From Candidatus Poseidoniaceae archaeon (GTDB taxonomy: Archaea; Thermoplasmatota; Poseidoniia; Poseidoniales; Poseidoniaceae): a stretch of 32,000 nucleotides of DNA. Under the pieces are notes generated by a model, which worked only from the letters and a program-made list of their open reading frames with translations, did not search any database and had not been told where the DNA came from. The stretch lies in NCBI GenBank assembly GCA_943789275.1, contig CALSTM010000003.1, forward strand, positions 420,001 to 452,000, given 5' to 3'. Positions 7,404 through 15,668 of the stretch are shown one piece after another; the first letter of the stretch is position 1, and each line of letters opens with the position of its first letter. Both the position numbers and the translations under genes were made by a program.

Positions 7404-9071
7404 CTAAGACTTAAGTTTCTCTAATTCAGTCGGATTAACTACGACTCCCTCACTGAGTTTTGAGCGGACGTATTTGACGACCCGACGGCTTTTTTCTATT
7501 TTTTCGGCATCTCTTTTTGCGAGGTTGCGCATGGGCATGAACATCCGATGATTTTTGTTAAAATGCTCTTTGTTGATCTCAAGGAAATCCCAGTACATGT
7601 CCGAGATGGGGCACGACTTTTTGTGGTGAAGCGAACAATCCCCACAGTAGTCACCCATTTTCTTGATGTAGGGGGTGCCGCACACATACGGCTTTGTCGT
7701 CATGACTTCACCAACGGCATAGGTTCCCATTGCCAAGACATTGGGTTCAACGACCCAATCGTAGGCATCAGTAAACATGGCCCAGAACCAATCGGTGAGT
7801 TCGCGTGGATTCACTCCGAGCAGGGTCCCAATGTTAGCGAGCACCATGAGCCGTGGGATATGGTGTGTGTACCCCGTTTCTACGACTTGCTCTACAGCCG
7901 AATCAAGACACAACATACCACTTTTCGCCCCCCAGAACGCTTTCGGTAGCGGATTTTTTGCTTCAAGTACATTCATTGTACTGCGCGGTTGGGCCCATTC
8001 ACCTTCCCATCCTGCACCCGGGCGGACAAACGCCGCATCTTCTGGAACTTCGGATTGAAAACCGTCTGTTTGGGTATGAACGTGACGAACAAATTCTCTC
8101 CATCCAAGGATTTGTCGAACAAAGCCTTCCTTGGAATGAAGGGGGATGTCAAGGGCAATTGCCTCATTGACGACCGTTTTTGCTTGCAAGCGATTGAGAT
8201 TGAGCAGTGATGAGATGGTGGTATGAAACAGAGTCGTGTGTTCAATCGTCATCGCATCCTCATAGGGTCCGAACCAAAACATGACCGTCGACTTCGCCCA
8301 ATTCCACAACGCTTCAGCGTGTTCATCTGTGGATGGAAGTGATTCGATCCGTAGCACTCCGGGATGATGGTTGAATTGTTGTTCAATCATTTGAACAACT
8401 TCCTGCGTCACTGCATTTGGTTCAAAGGATGGCAATGCAGGTAATTCAACGGCTCCGTCCCACGGTAAACGGTTTTGGCTGTCGTACGACCAATCTCCCC
8501 CAACCGGCTTTAGGTTTTCATCAACAAGGATCTTCTTTTTCTTACGGATGTATCGGTAAAATTTGTCCATTCTCCACGGTGGTTTATCGCCAACTGCGTC
8601 GATGAAGTCCGATGTCGAAGTCATCCAGCCCGTGTGTGGAAGCGATTGGATGACACCATCGTCTTCCAAGGCAGTAAACGAGGTGCGAATTCCATATTCT
8701 GCAGGTTCAGTCACCGTTATTGGTCCGAGTTTCACCGACAGGTTTCTGAGAACATCAGCATAAGAATCGATACTGAACTCATACCGTATCTCAAACCCTC
8801 GCTTCTTCATTTCAAGGGCGTAATGACGTTGATTTGAAAGCACCAAAGCCAATTTTTGCTTGTGGTAAGGCAGTTGACGGGTTTTCCATGTAGTTTCAAT
8901 GAATAAGAGCCCTGTTTTTTCAGGATTGATGTCCTTGGGTAGCAACTGCTCATGCAATTGATCGAACAGTACCAAATGCCAGGATTCAACGCTTGGAGCA
9001 TCATTGCCGAGCATATCCATGAATACTGACATGCCCACACATTCTCCGAATTGCTTTTGAACGGTTGTCAC
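7404..9071 (-). CDS. Cryptochrome/photolyase-family protein of the Fe-S type (FeS-BCP, prokaryotic (6-4) photolyase-like)
   Basis: Motifs seen: KPVGGDWSYDSQNR, EGFVRQILGWREFVRHV, HIPRLMVLAN, DAYDWVVEPNV. Four Cys are arranged MLC-X88-DYC-X2-C-X8-CP followed by MYWDF. The track start is a GTG at 9071. An alternative is the ATG at 9032 (MSVFMDML), with GGAG about 12 nt upstream. Confidence 0.8.
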   Translation of the reverse strand: MTTVQKQFGECVGMSVFMDMLGNDAPSVESWHLVLFDQLHEQLLPKDINPEKTGLLFIETTWKTRQLPYHKQKLALVLSNQRHYALEMKKRGFEIRYEFSIDSYADVLRNLSVKLGPITVTEPAEYGIRTSFTALEDDGVIQSLPHTGWMTSTSDFIDAVGDKPPWRMDKFYRYIRKKKKILVDENLKPVGGDWSYDSQNRLPWDGAVELPALPSFEPNAVTQEVVQMIEQQFNHHPGVLRIESLPSTDEHAEALWNWAKSTVMFWFGPYEDAMTIEHTTLFHTTISSLLNLNRLQAKTVVNEAIALDIPLHSKEGFVRQILGWREFVRHVHTQTDGFQSEVPEDAAFVRPGAGWEGEWAQPRSTMNVLEAKNPLPKAFWGAKSGMLCLDSAVEQVVETGYTHHIPRLMVLANIGTLLGVNPRELTDWFWAMFTDAYDWVVEPNVLAMGTYAVGEVMTTKPYVCGTPYIKKMGDYCGDCSLHHKKSCPISDMYWDFLEINKEHFNKNHRMFMPMRNLAKRDAEKIEKSRRVVKYVRSKLSEGVVVNPTELEKLKS

Positions 9072-9112
9072 ACATCATGAAGAACGCAAGAAAATATTCC
9101 GTAACGGCGTCA

Positions 9113-9125
9113 ATAATTTATATCA
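9113..9125 (+). promoter_or_regulatory. TATA-like box AATAATTTATATC upstream of the channel gene
   Basis: This is the AT-rich element of the 72-bp divergent spacer. It lies about 20-30 nt upstream of the ATG at 9144 and no SD is visible, which is consistent with a leaderless or short-leader archaeal mRNA. Confidence 0.3.
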
Positions 9126-9143
9126 AAACATCATGTTAAACCC

Positions 9144-9950
9144 ATGTCGCTCAGGGAAAATTTCTATTCCTTATCCGAAAGTTCACGGTTCCAGAATGCG
9201 ATATTGGCCTTGATTGTACTAAACGCAATTACAATTGGAATTGAGACATTTAGTTGGCCAGAAAAAATCGAATGGGGGTTAAAAGCTCTTGATTCGGTCA
9301 TTCTTTGGGTCTTTATTTTAGAGATTTTTATCCGGTGTTATGGCAACGGTTGGAAGTTCTTCACAGACTCGTGGAATAACTTCGATTTTGCCATCATACT
9401 CTTTTCGGTTGCTCCATCGACAGGTCCGCTGAGTGTTCTCCGTGTATTCAGAGTGTTTCGTGCGTTGCGTTTGGTGTCGAGTATGCCTGAAATGCAACGT
9501 ATGGTTGAAGCATTGCTACGTTCCTTACGCGGCATCATGGCGATCAGTTGGCTGTTGGTCATCGTCATGTATGTCTATTCGGTAATGGGGACAATGTTGT
9601 TCCGAGACGGAGGTGAATTTGGGGAGATGTACTTTGGTAGTCTCGGCTTATCCTTGTATTCATTGTTCCAAATCATGACTTTGGAATCATGGTCAAACGG
9701 TGTTGCAAGAATGATTATTGAAGAGCAAGGTTGGTGGGCAGCGATATTTTTCATCACCTACATCATAAGTACTTCATTCACATTCCTGAACATGTTCATC
9801 GCCGTATTCACCAACACGATGGCGGCAATCGATATTGAAGATGAAGATCATGAAGGTTTCTCGAGAATACTCACAGAACTCAAAGCAGAAATTGGTGAAT
9901 TAAAGGAACTTCTTTCACATCCTCCAGGAATTGAGAACGCCGAGGAATAA
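9144..9950 (+). CDS. Single-domain voltage-gated cation channel of the bacterial sodium-channel (BacNaV/NaChBac) type
   Basis: 268 aa with about 6 hydrophobic helices. S4 reads LRVFRVFRALRLV, with Arg every third residue. The pore reads LFQIMTLESWSNGV (TLESW filter). The C-terminal tail ILTELKAEIGELKELL has a heptad-like pattern. Confidence 0.8.
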   Translation: MSLRENFYSLSESSRFQNAILALIVLNAITIGIETFSWPEKIEWGLKALDSVILWVFILEIFIRCYGNGWKFFTDSWNNFDFAIILFSVAPSTGPLSVLRVFRVFRALRLVSSMPEMQRMVEALLRSLRGIMAISWLLVIVMYVYSVMGTMLFRDGGEFGEMYFGSLGLSLYSLFQIMTLESWSNGVARMIIEEQGWWAAIFFITYIISTSFTFLNMFIAVFTNTMAAIDIEDEDHEGFSRILTELKAEIGELKELLSHPPGIENAEE

Positions 9951-9954
9951 ATTT

Positions 9955-10329
9955 TCAAAACCGAATATGAACGCCCTCTTGTTCGAGTAGGCGACGCTTT
10001 TCTTCAATTCCGCCAGAACCACTGTAGCCTCCTAACCCACCATCTGAGCGAATCACTCTGTGGCACGGTATCACGACAATGTACGGGTTTTTCCCACAAG
10101 CATTTGCTACCGCTCGAATGGATTGCGGTCGGCCAATTTGGGCAGCGAGTTGTTTGTAAGTTCGAACCTCGCCTCTTGGTATCTCTTTCAGAGCGTTCCA
10201 TACAAGGAGTTGAAACGGCGTACCTATGAGGGGGGGGTGCTCAACCATGGAATCAATTTTTGATTGGTGCAATATAAAACCGCTGTCACGTAATTTTAGC
10301 CATCCGCCACGGAGGAAAGGTTGGTTCAC
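9955..10329 (-). CDS. ogt: Methylated-DNA--protein-cysteine methyltransferase (short form)
   Basis: Active-site IPCHRV is preceded by TYKQLAAQIGRPQSIRAVANACGKNP. The ORF is only 124 aa from the GTG at 10329, or 97 aa from the ATG at 10248, so most of a canonical N-terminal domain is absent. Confidence 0.75.
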   Translation of the reverse strand: MNQPFLRGGWLKLRDSGFILHQSKIDSMVEHPPLIGTPFQLLVWNALKEIPRGEVRTYKQLAAQIGRPQSIRAVANACGKNPYIVVIPCHRVIRSDGGLGGYSGSGGIEEKRRLLEQEGVHIRF

Positions 10330-10396
10330 ATAAGGGAGTAGCCTGCCCTCGGTTTGACTTCAAACGCCTTTTGGACCACTCAACAACAATCGCTGC

Positions 10397-10780
10397 TCAT
10401 TCTCCTTTGAGGAATTGTGACAGTTGGGGGGGTTGCCAACCTTCCGGCTTGAGCACTTTCCCATCCTCGCGCCGGATGACTTTGCCGTCAACCAATTTAG
10501 CCATGTTTGAGCGGTGAACTTCATTGAAAGCATCGTCGTAGATGTTTTGCATGCCGTGATTGATGATTGTTCCAGCGAGTATGTATCCAATGTCAGCCAG
10601 AGCATCAAGCACTTCGACCATGTCGCCAGCGAGAGCTGCTTCGGCATACTCTTCGACTTCTTCGCGGAGCAATTTAATGCGCAGTTCAATCATCTCTTTG
10701 GAACCGAGCCCTGGTGTATCGAGTTTTGGGATTTCAAAGGCTTCGTTGAATTCAAGCAGGGATTTTACCAGAGGGTTCAT
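10397..10780 (-). CDS. MazG-like all-alpha nucleoside triphosphate pyrophosphohydrolase
   Basis: 127 aa. Acidic metal-binding helices LREEVEEYAEA and EVLDALADIGY are followed by EVHRSNMAKL..DGKVIRREDGKVLKPEGW. Confidence 0.6.
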   Translation of the reverse strand: MNPLVKSLLEFNEAFEIPKLDTPGLGSKEMIELRIKLLREEVEEYAEAALAGDMVEVLDALADIGYILAGTIINHGMQNIYDDAFNEVHRSNMAKLVDGKVIRREDGKVLKPEGWQPPQLSQFLKGE

Positions 10781-10832
10781 GATTCAAGGTGAGCGGTTAA
10801 AGCACATCAACCTTGCATAGGCGCAGCATGGT

Positions 10833-10861
10833 AAAAAGAGACGACCTCGGTTCTTTGAGGT
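10833..10861 (-). terminator. Candidate terminator after UbiA: 5-bp hairpin followed by a T5 run
   Basis: On the minus strand, ACCTC-AAAGAACC-GAGGT starts 3 nt after the UbiA stop. CGTCTC and then TTTTT follow. Confidence 0.3.
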
Positions 10862-10864
10862 GAT

Positions 10865-11785
10865 TTAGTCCATCATGAGTTCTGAGTTTGACTCCAACAT
10901 AAATCCGATAATGACTGCCAGAAGAAGAACCCAACCAGTCAACATCGACGCACGAAACAGAACCGTTTGAAAATCTTCAAACTTGTCTTTCGCCAAAACC
11001 ACCCAAATGTTCAGTGTTGCCATCAAACCTGCTGCTGCAAGAAACCATAGTCCATCCATGGGGTCGGAGAACGCAAAACATCCAAACCATAGAAGCGTGA
11101 GTTGTATTGTTGTACGTGTCGTAGCCGCTTCGCCAAATTTGGATGGGAACGAATGAATATCGCTTGCTTTGTCACTTTCAACATCCATTCGTGCGTAGTT
11201 GATATCGAAAGCTGCGATCCATATAGCAACTCCAAGAGAAATTGGAAGAATCGTTTGCGCCCACAAGAACTCGGTTCTATTTTCAAACACCCCAGTAATC
11301 GCCGCCCATCCGTGGACATCTGCAGCAATCGCAACCCAGGCGCCTGCAGGTGCCAAGCCTAAACACAGGCCAAGCCAAAAATGACACATCCAAGTGAATC
11401 TCTTCATGTACGGATAGATGACAAAGGCAAGAACAGGAAGCCACGCCATCATGAGAGCTACAGTATTGAGCATTCCAGCTCCCAACAAGAGCATGACCAG
11501 AAATGTACCTGCCAATGTCCAAGCAGTTCGCAAACTCATTTCACCGGATGCCAAATGGCGGTTTTGAGTTCGAGGATTTGCAGCATCAATCTCTCGGTCA
11601 ATGATTCGATTAAGGGCCATAGCAAGCCCACGAGCACCAATGGCGGCGACAAGTATCCAGAGCAGGTCAACCCCGGAGCCAGTGTTGAATTGATTCGCCG
11701 CAATAAAATAGCCAATGAGGACAAACGGAAGGGAGAACAATGTGTGTTCGATTTTGATGAAGGACAGAATTTGTTTGACATCCAT
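10865..11785 (-). CDS. ubiA: UbiA-family aromatic prenyltransferase
   Basis: Asp-rich motifs NRIIDREIDAANPRTQNR and DINYARMDVESD, with at least 8 hydrophobic helices. I prefer the ATG at 11785 (MDVKQILSF), which overlaps the UbiD stop as TGATG. The track's GTG at 11821 lies inside UbiD. Confidence 0.85.
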   Translation of the reverse strand: MDVKQILSFIKIEHTLFSLPFVLIGYFIAANQFNTGSGVDLLWILVAAIGARGLAMALNRIIDREIDAANPRTQNRHLASGEMSLRTAWTLAGTFLVMLLLGAGMLNTVALMMAWLPVLAFVIYPYMKRFTWMCHFWLGLCLGLAPAGAWVAIAADVHGWAAITGVFENRTEFLWAQTILPISLGVAIWIAAFDINYARMDVESDKASDIHSFPSKFGEAATTRTTIQLTLLWFGCFAFSDPMDGLWFLAAAGLMATLNIWVVLAKDKFEDFQTVLFRASMLTGWVLLLAVIIGFMLESNSELMMD

Positions 11786-13788
11786 CACTCTGTTCCCCCA
11801 AAGGAGAGGTGGGGGGGCCACTCATATGATTCTAATTCAGGATGTTGTGCCACCTTTTCCAATGTTTCAGGAGAATGCAAAGTAATTGACGGCCATCTTC
11901 GAACGCCGTGCTCGACCGACGGGATTGGCGTCGTAGCATCCCAGCATAGCCGCTGCCGGTCGTTATCGAACGTAAGTCCACGCCCTACATCGAAGCGCGA
12001 TGTCAGTTGCCACAACAATCGTCGGCGAGCTTTTTCGCAATGCAAGTCCAAGTCATCGTTGGTGATAAACAACCACCGGAGTGAGGTGTCAGAATCCAAT
12101 TGCCAAATTGATTTTCTTAATTGGGAAATCTGCTCTCTTCTCTTTGTTTCCGCACCGTCGTTCGATTCTTCTTGTCCGTCTCGAGGCGTTGGAGATTTTT
12201 CGATGTTGGTCGTTACGACCATGATGCTGTCACGAAGCATTCGAGCATCGGAAACATCGTCCATCTTGAGCACCTCTTCGATCTTCGAGAAACCTGGGGC
12301 ATCTCCGTTGCCCTGCCGCCATTCAGGCGTTGGCTGAGAATACGAGCCTTCGAGCGGTTCTGAGTCCGATCGTGGGTCTCGCTTTGCAAGTGTTGTTGCA
12401 TCAATGAGCAATTTACTGTGGACGTTTTCGTAAGGACTTGCAGCCTCAAGAGAATCCGCAACCATGCCTTCAAGCACGAGAACATCGGTTGCGATGTCCA
12501 CCTTTGAATTCATAGCATCAAGCAATGCATCCAAGTCTTTCGGGTCTTGATGTTCATCGATGGCAATGATGGTTTTCAGGAACATCATCTGTCCAGCACC
12601 GAGCAGACCCAGAGCAGTTTTTCGGCCTTGGCGAGGGTACCGCTGTTTGGATGCAACGATGGCCAGATTATGGAAACCGGTCTCCATCGGGAGGTGAACG
12701 CTTCGGACATCTCGGTGTTGGAAATTGAGTACGGGCGAGAATTGTCGTCCAATGGCCTCTCCGAGGTGCCCGTCTTCCATAGGAGGTAGTCCAACTATGG
12801 TCGCTGCAAGCACAGCATCTTTGCGGCAAGTGATGGCCGTCACGTGCATGACAGGATATTGTCCGGTAAGCGAGTAGAATCCAAAGTGGTCTCCAAACGG
12901 TCCTTCAAGGCGAGTTTCACCGGGGATACAATATCCTTCAATAACGATGTCAGCCTCAGCAGGGACCATCAAATCTTGGGTGAGTGCTTTGGTAATAGGG
13001 AGTGATTTTCTTCCAAGAATTCCAGCGAATTGATACTCACTGAGGTTATCAGGCAAAGGAGAGATAGCAGAAAAAATGAGTTCTGGTGGTCCACCCATGC
13101 AGATGGCTACCGGCATTCGCCCGTCGCCACCGGCTTCTTTGATCGCAGCCGCATGGTCTGCAGCGTGCTTGTGGATTTGCCAATGAAGTCCGATTTCTTT
13201 CGGCCCGAAGACTTGAGCTCGGTACATTCCCAAGTTATGTTCGCCATTTTTCGGATTCTTGGTCACGACCAGTGGAAGCGTAACAAACGGCCCTCCGTCT
13301 TTTGGCCACGTGGTCGGAATGGGTAAGCGAGTTAGGTCGAGTGGCAGTTCAACCCTCTGGCAATTTCCCTTACGCTTCTTGCGCGGAGGCATTGCAAGGG
13401 CGTCACGAATAAGTGGCAGACCTTTCCATGGTTTGCGCATGTACAGTCCGATGTCCGGTTTCATCATGGCAACCATACGGTCACCAATCTCCGTTTCGTG
13501 GGTTGCTCCCAGGGCACGAAGGGTTCGGTCTTGTCCACCAAACAGATTCATGGCCAATGGTATCTCACTGATGGTTCCATCTGGTAGCCTTGGTTTTTCG
13601 AAAAGCACTGCCGGCCCGTCGTTTTTCACCAACAGGTCAGCAATCGCACCCGCTTCGAACTGAACGTCAACAGGACGGGATATACGGAGAAGTTCTCCGC
13701 CTTGGTCGAGATGTTCGAGCCACCGCTTGGAAGTACGCCACGCCACGACCATGCGTGGCAGAACCTCCCTTTGAACCGTCGTATTCAT
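11785..13788 (-). CDS. ubiD: UbiD-family (prFMN-dependent) decarboxylase with an extended, partly duplicated C-terminus
   Basis: Motifs seen: TLPLVVTKNPKNGEHNLGMYR, EGPFGDHFGFYS, LLIDATT. It is 667 aa, compared with about 500 aa for canonical UbiD. Confidence 0.85.
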   Translation of the reverse strand: MNTTVQREVLPRMVVAWRTSKRWLEHLDQGGELLRISRPVDVQFEAGAIADLLVKNDGPAVLFEKPRLPDGTISEIPLAMNLFGGQDRTLRALGATHETEIGDRMVAMMKPDIGLYMRKPWKGLPLIRDALAMPPRKKRKGNCQRVELPLDLTRLPIPTTWPKDGGPFVTLPLVVTKNPKNGEHNLGMYRAQVFGPKEIGLHWQIHKHAADHAAAIKEAGGDGRMPVAICMGGPPELIFSAISPLPDNLSEYQFAGILGRKSLPITKALTQDLMVPAEADIVIEGYCIPGETRLEGPFGDHFGFYSLTGQYPVMHVTAITCRKDAVLAATIVGLPPMEDGHLGEAIGRQFSPVLNFQHRDVRSVHLPMETGFHNLAIVASKQRYPRQGRKTALGLLGAGQMMFLKTIIAIDEHQDPKDLDALLDAMNSKVDIATDVLVLEGMVADSLEAASPYENVHSKLLIDATTLAKRDPRSDSEPLEGSYSQPTPEWRQGNGDAPGFSKIEEVLKMDDVSDARMLRDSIMVVTTNIEKSPTPRDGQEESNDGAETKRREQISQLRKSIWQLDSDTSLRWLFITNDDLDLHCEKARRRLLWQLTSRFDVGRGLTFDNDRQRLCWDATTPIPSVEHGVRRWPSITLHSPETLEKVAQHPELESYEWPPHLSFGGTE

Positions 13789-13812
13789 TCATACGCCAAG
13801 TGTGATGAAAAG

Positions 13813-13824
13813 AATACATGTATT
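13813..13824. promoter_or_regulatory. Perfect palindrome AATACATGTATT in the UbiD/cupredoxin divergent spacer (candidate shared TATA-like element)
   Basis: The palindrome centre at 13818.5 is about 30 nt from the UbiD ATG (13788) and about 33 nt from the cupredoxin ATG (13852). Neither gene has a visible SD. Confidence 0.3.
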
Positions 13825-13851
13825 GAAAACCTCGACCGATTAACAGTCACT

Positions 13852-14322
13852 ATGAGGACGGCAACCATCGTACTGCTTTTTCTGTTCGCCAGTATGAGTT
13901 CAGCATCAGCAGAAATCACAACGCAAGACGACGTCATCGTGACCGTGGACAGTACGAATCTGAGGTTTAGCCCGTCTGAAGTCACGGTACAAGAGGGGCA
14001 AGCTGTTCGTTTTGTATGGAGCGGCCAAGCCCTGGGTCACAATGCCGTGGCTGATGATGGATTGTTTGATTCGGGAGAACCGGAGCGCGATGTTGACTAT
14101 CGCTTTGTTTTCGAGATTGGGACTGCGGGTGAGCACCAGTTTGTTTGTGAACCTCATGAAGCAGCAGGGATGATTGGAACAGTTACCGTCGAGGCTGCGC
14201 CGGCCGTTGTTATTGAAGACGAATCCGAGCCAGAGACCGTCGAAACGCCGGCGGTATCTCTACTCGCCTCTCTTTCCATACTGGCTTTGGTAGCGGTCAT
14301 GCGCCGTCCGTTGGAAGAGTGA
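13852..14322 (+). CDS. Exported type-1 blue copper protein (plastocyanin/halocyanin-like cupredoxin) with a C-terminal membrane anchor
   Basis: The start is moved to MRTATIVLLFLFASMSSASA (signal peptide), because the track's upstream extension overlaps the UbiD start. Cu ligands: GHNAV and CEPHEAAGM. An acidic linker is followed by PAVSLLASLSILALVAVMRRP. Confidence 0.8.
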   Translation: MRTATIVLLFLFASMSSASAEITTQDDVIVTVDSTNLRFSPSEVTVQEGQAVRFVWSGQALGHNAVADDGLFDSGEPERDVDYRFVFEIGTAGEHQFVCEPHEAAGMIGTVTVEAAPAVVIEDESEPETVETPAVSLLASLSILALVAVMRRPLEE

Positions 14323-14382
14323 ACAACCGTTTTCTTCATGGACTTGATACTACAGTTGAGGTACATGGCGGAGGCTGAGCAG

Positions 14383-15606
14383 ATGCTTGATGTCCTGGTG
14401 ATAGGAGCCGGTCCGGGGGGTGGCTCTGCTGCACTGCATGCTGCTCGTGCTGGACTGTCGACGCTTATTGTCGAAGCCGACCCTGAAGTTGGCACTCCTG
14501 TGCACTGTGGTGAATGTCTAAGTCAATTGGCGGTGGACAATCTCGACCTCGAAATTCCAGATCATGTCAAGGCCCTCGATGTCAAAGGCATCCGTGTCAT
14601 CTTCCCGGATGGAACTGAAAAACTTCTCACTGAGAAAGGATACGTGCTTGAGAAGCACCTTTTCGAACGCTGGCTGTGTGATGAAGCCATCAAAGAAGGG
14701 GCGGAACTTCATCTGCACCATCGCGTCACTTCGATGGAACGAGTCTTCAACAGTGAAAATCAATTTTCCTATTGGGAAATTGGCGGAAAGGGCGAACAAT
14801 TCCCGTTGCGATGCAAATCTGTAATCGACGCCTCTGGCGTTTCGGGAGCAGCCTCGAAATTACTCGATATGGGAACGGAAGTGGAAGTGATTGCTGGGTT
14901 CCAGTACGAGGTGCTCGATGTTGAGAACGACGGCTATCTGGATTTTTATCTGTGGCCGAAATATTCTCCTCACGGTTATGTATGGATGATTCCTAAAAAG
15001 GGGGGAAGAGCAAACGTAGGCTTGGTTACAACCGATAAGAAAGGTGCCATTAAGTACTTGAATTCGTTTATCCAAGACACCTATTTGGATGGTAAACCGA
15101 CCGTCAACCCTCCATGGCGTGCTGAAGGAATCAAGGTTCGACCGTTTGGAGGCACGATCCCAATTTCTGGACCACGCTCAGTCACTGTAGGTGATGGCCT
15201 AATCTTGGTTGGAGATGCTGCAGGCTTTACTTCTCCGCTGTTTGAAGGCGGCTCTCATCTTGCATTGTGGTCCGGTCGACAAGCTGCCCAAACAATTGCT
15301 AAAACCATCAAAGCAGACGCCATTCTCTCCAAGCAACACTTGATGAAGTACGAGATTGAGTGGAAGAAAGCATTCCCTCCTTACTCAAAAATCCTCAAAG
15401 GTAAGACTGCGTTGTATGAACTCACCGATGATGAAATGTCACTGATGGCTCGTTGTTTGCCGGAAGAACTTGGCAACATGTCTGCGCTGCAAAAGGTAGG
15501 CATTGGGCTCAAAATTCTGGTTCGTAAACCGATGTTGTTTACCAAGAGCGTCATTCATGTTCTGCTTTCATTTGGATACTCGAGAGCGAAGTTCTTTGGC
15601 TGGTAA
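14383..15606 (+). CDS. FAD-dependent geranylgeranyl reductase family protein
   Basis: MLDVLVIGAGPGGGSAA dinucleotide fold and VGDAAGFTSPLFEGG. The ATG at 14383 has GGAGG 9 nt upstream. The track start at 14338 adds 15 aa with no SD. Confidence 0.8.
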   Translation: MLDVLVIGAGPGGGSAALHAARAGLSTLIVEADPEVGTPVHCGECLSQLAVDNLDLEIPDHVKALDVKGIRVIFPDGTEKLLTEKGYVLEKHLFERWLCDEAIKEGAELHLHHRVTSMERVFNSENQFSYWEIGGKGEQFPLRCKSVIDASGVSGAASKLLDMGTEVEVIAGFQYEVLDVENDGYLDFYLWPKYSPHGYVWMIPKKGGRANVGLVTTDKKGAIKYLNSFIQDTYLDGKPTVNPPWRAEGIKVRPFGGTIPISGPRSVTVGDGLILVGDAAGFTSPLFEGGSHLALWSGRQAAQTIAKTIKADAILSKQHLMKYEIEWKKAFPPYSKILKGKTALYELTDDEMSLMARCLPEELGNMSALQKVGIGLKILVRKPMLFTKSVIHVLLSFGYSRAKFFGW

Positions 15607-15668
15607 TGTTCGTCTAAACCGACGGACCATCGCGCAACCTCCTTGAAGGAGCATCACGACCAAGACCC

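Noticed and set aside
10230-10237. A G8 homopolymer (C8 on the coding strand) inside ogt, which could in principle be a phase-variation or frameshift site
   Set aside because: The reading frame is intact through it (it encodes HPPL), and similar G7 runs at 10424-10430 and 11811-11817 are also just Pro-Pro codons. I see no evidence of slippage.
11786-11821. A GTG-initiated extension of UbiA lying inside UbiD
   Set aside because: The ATG at 11785 gives the TGATG stop/start overlap typical of coupled genes. The protein then begins just before the first TM helix.
11381-12337. A 318-aa plus-strand ORF antisense to the UbiA/UbiD junction
   Set aside because: It lies opposite two genes with strong family motifs and is codon-aligned with UbiA over its first part. 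The translation is Ser/Cys-rich and looks like nonsense. I treat it as a shadow ORF.
13702-13851. A 50-codon N-terminal extension of the cupredoxin ORF in the track
   Set aside because: It would overlap the UbiD start and the whole promoter spacer. The internal Met at 13852 begins a textbook signal peptide.
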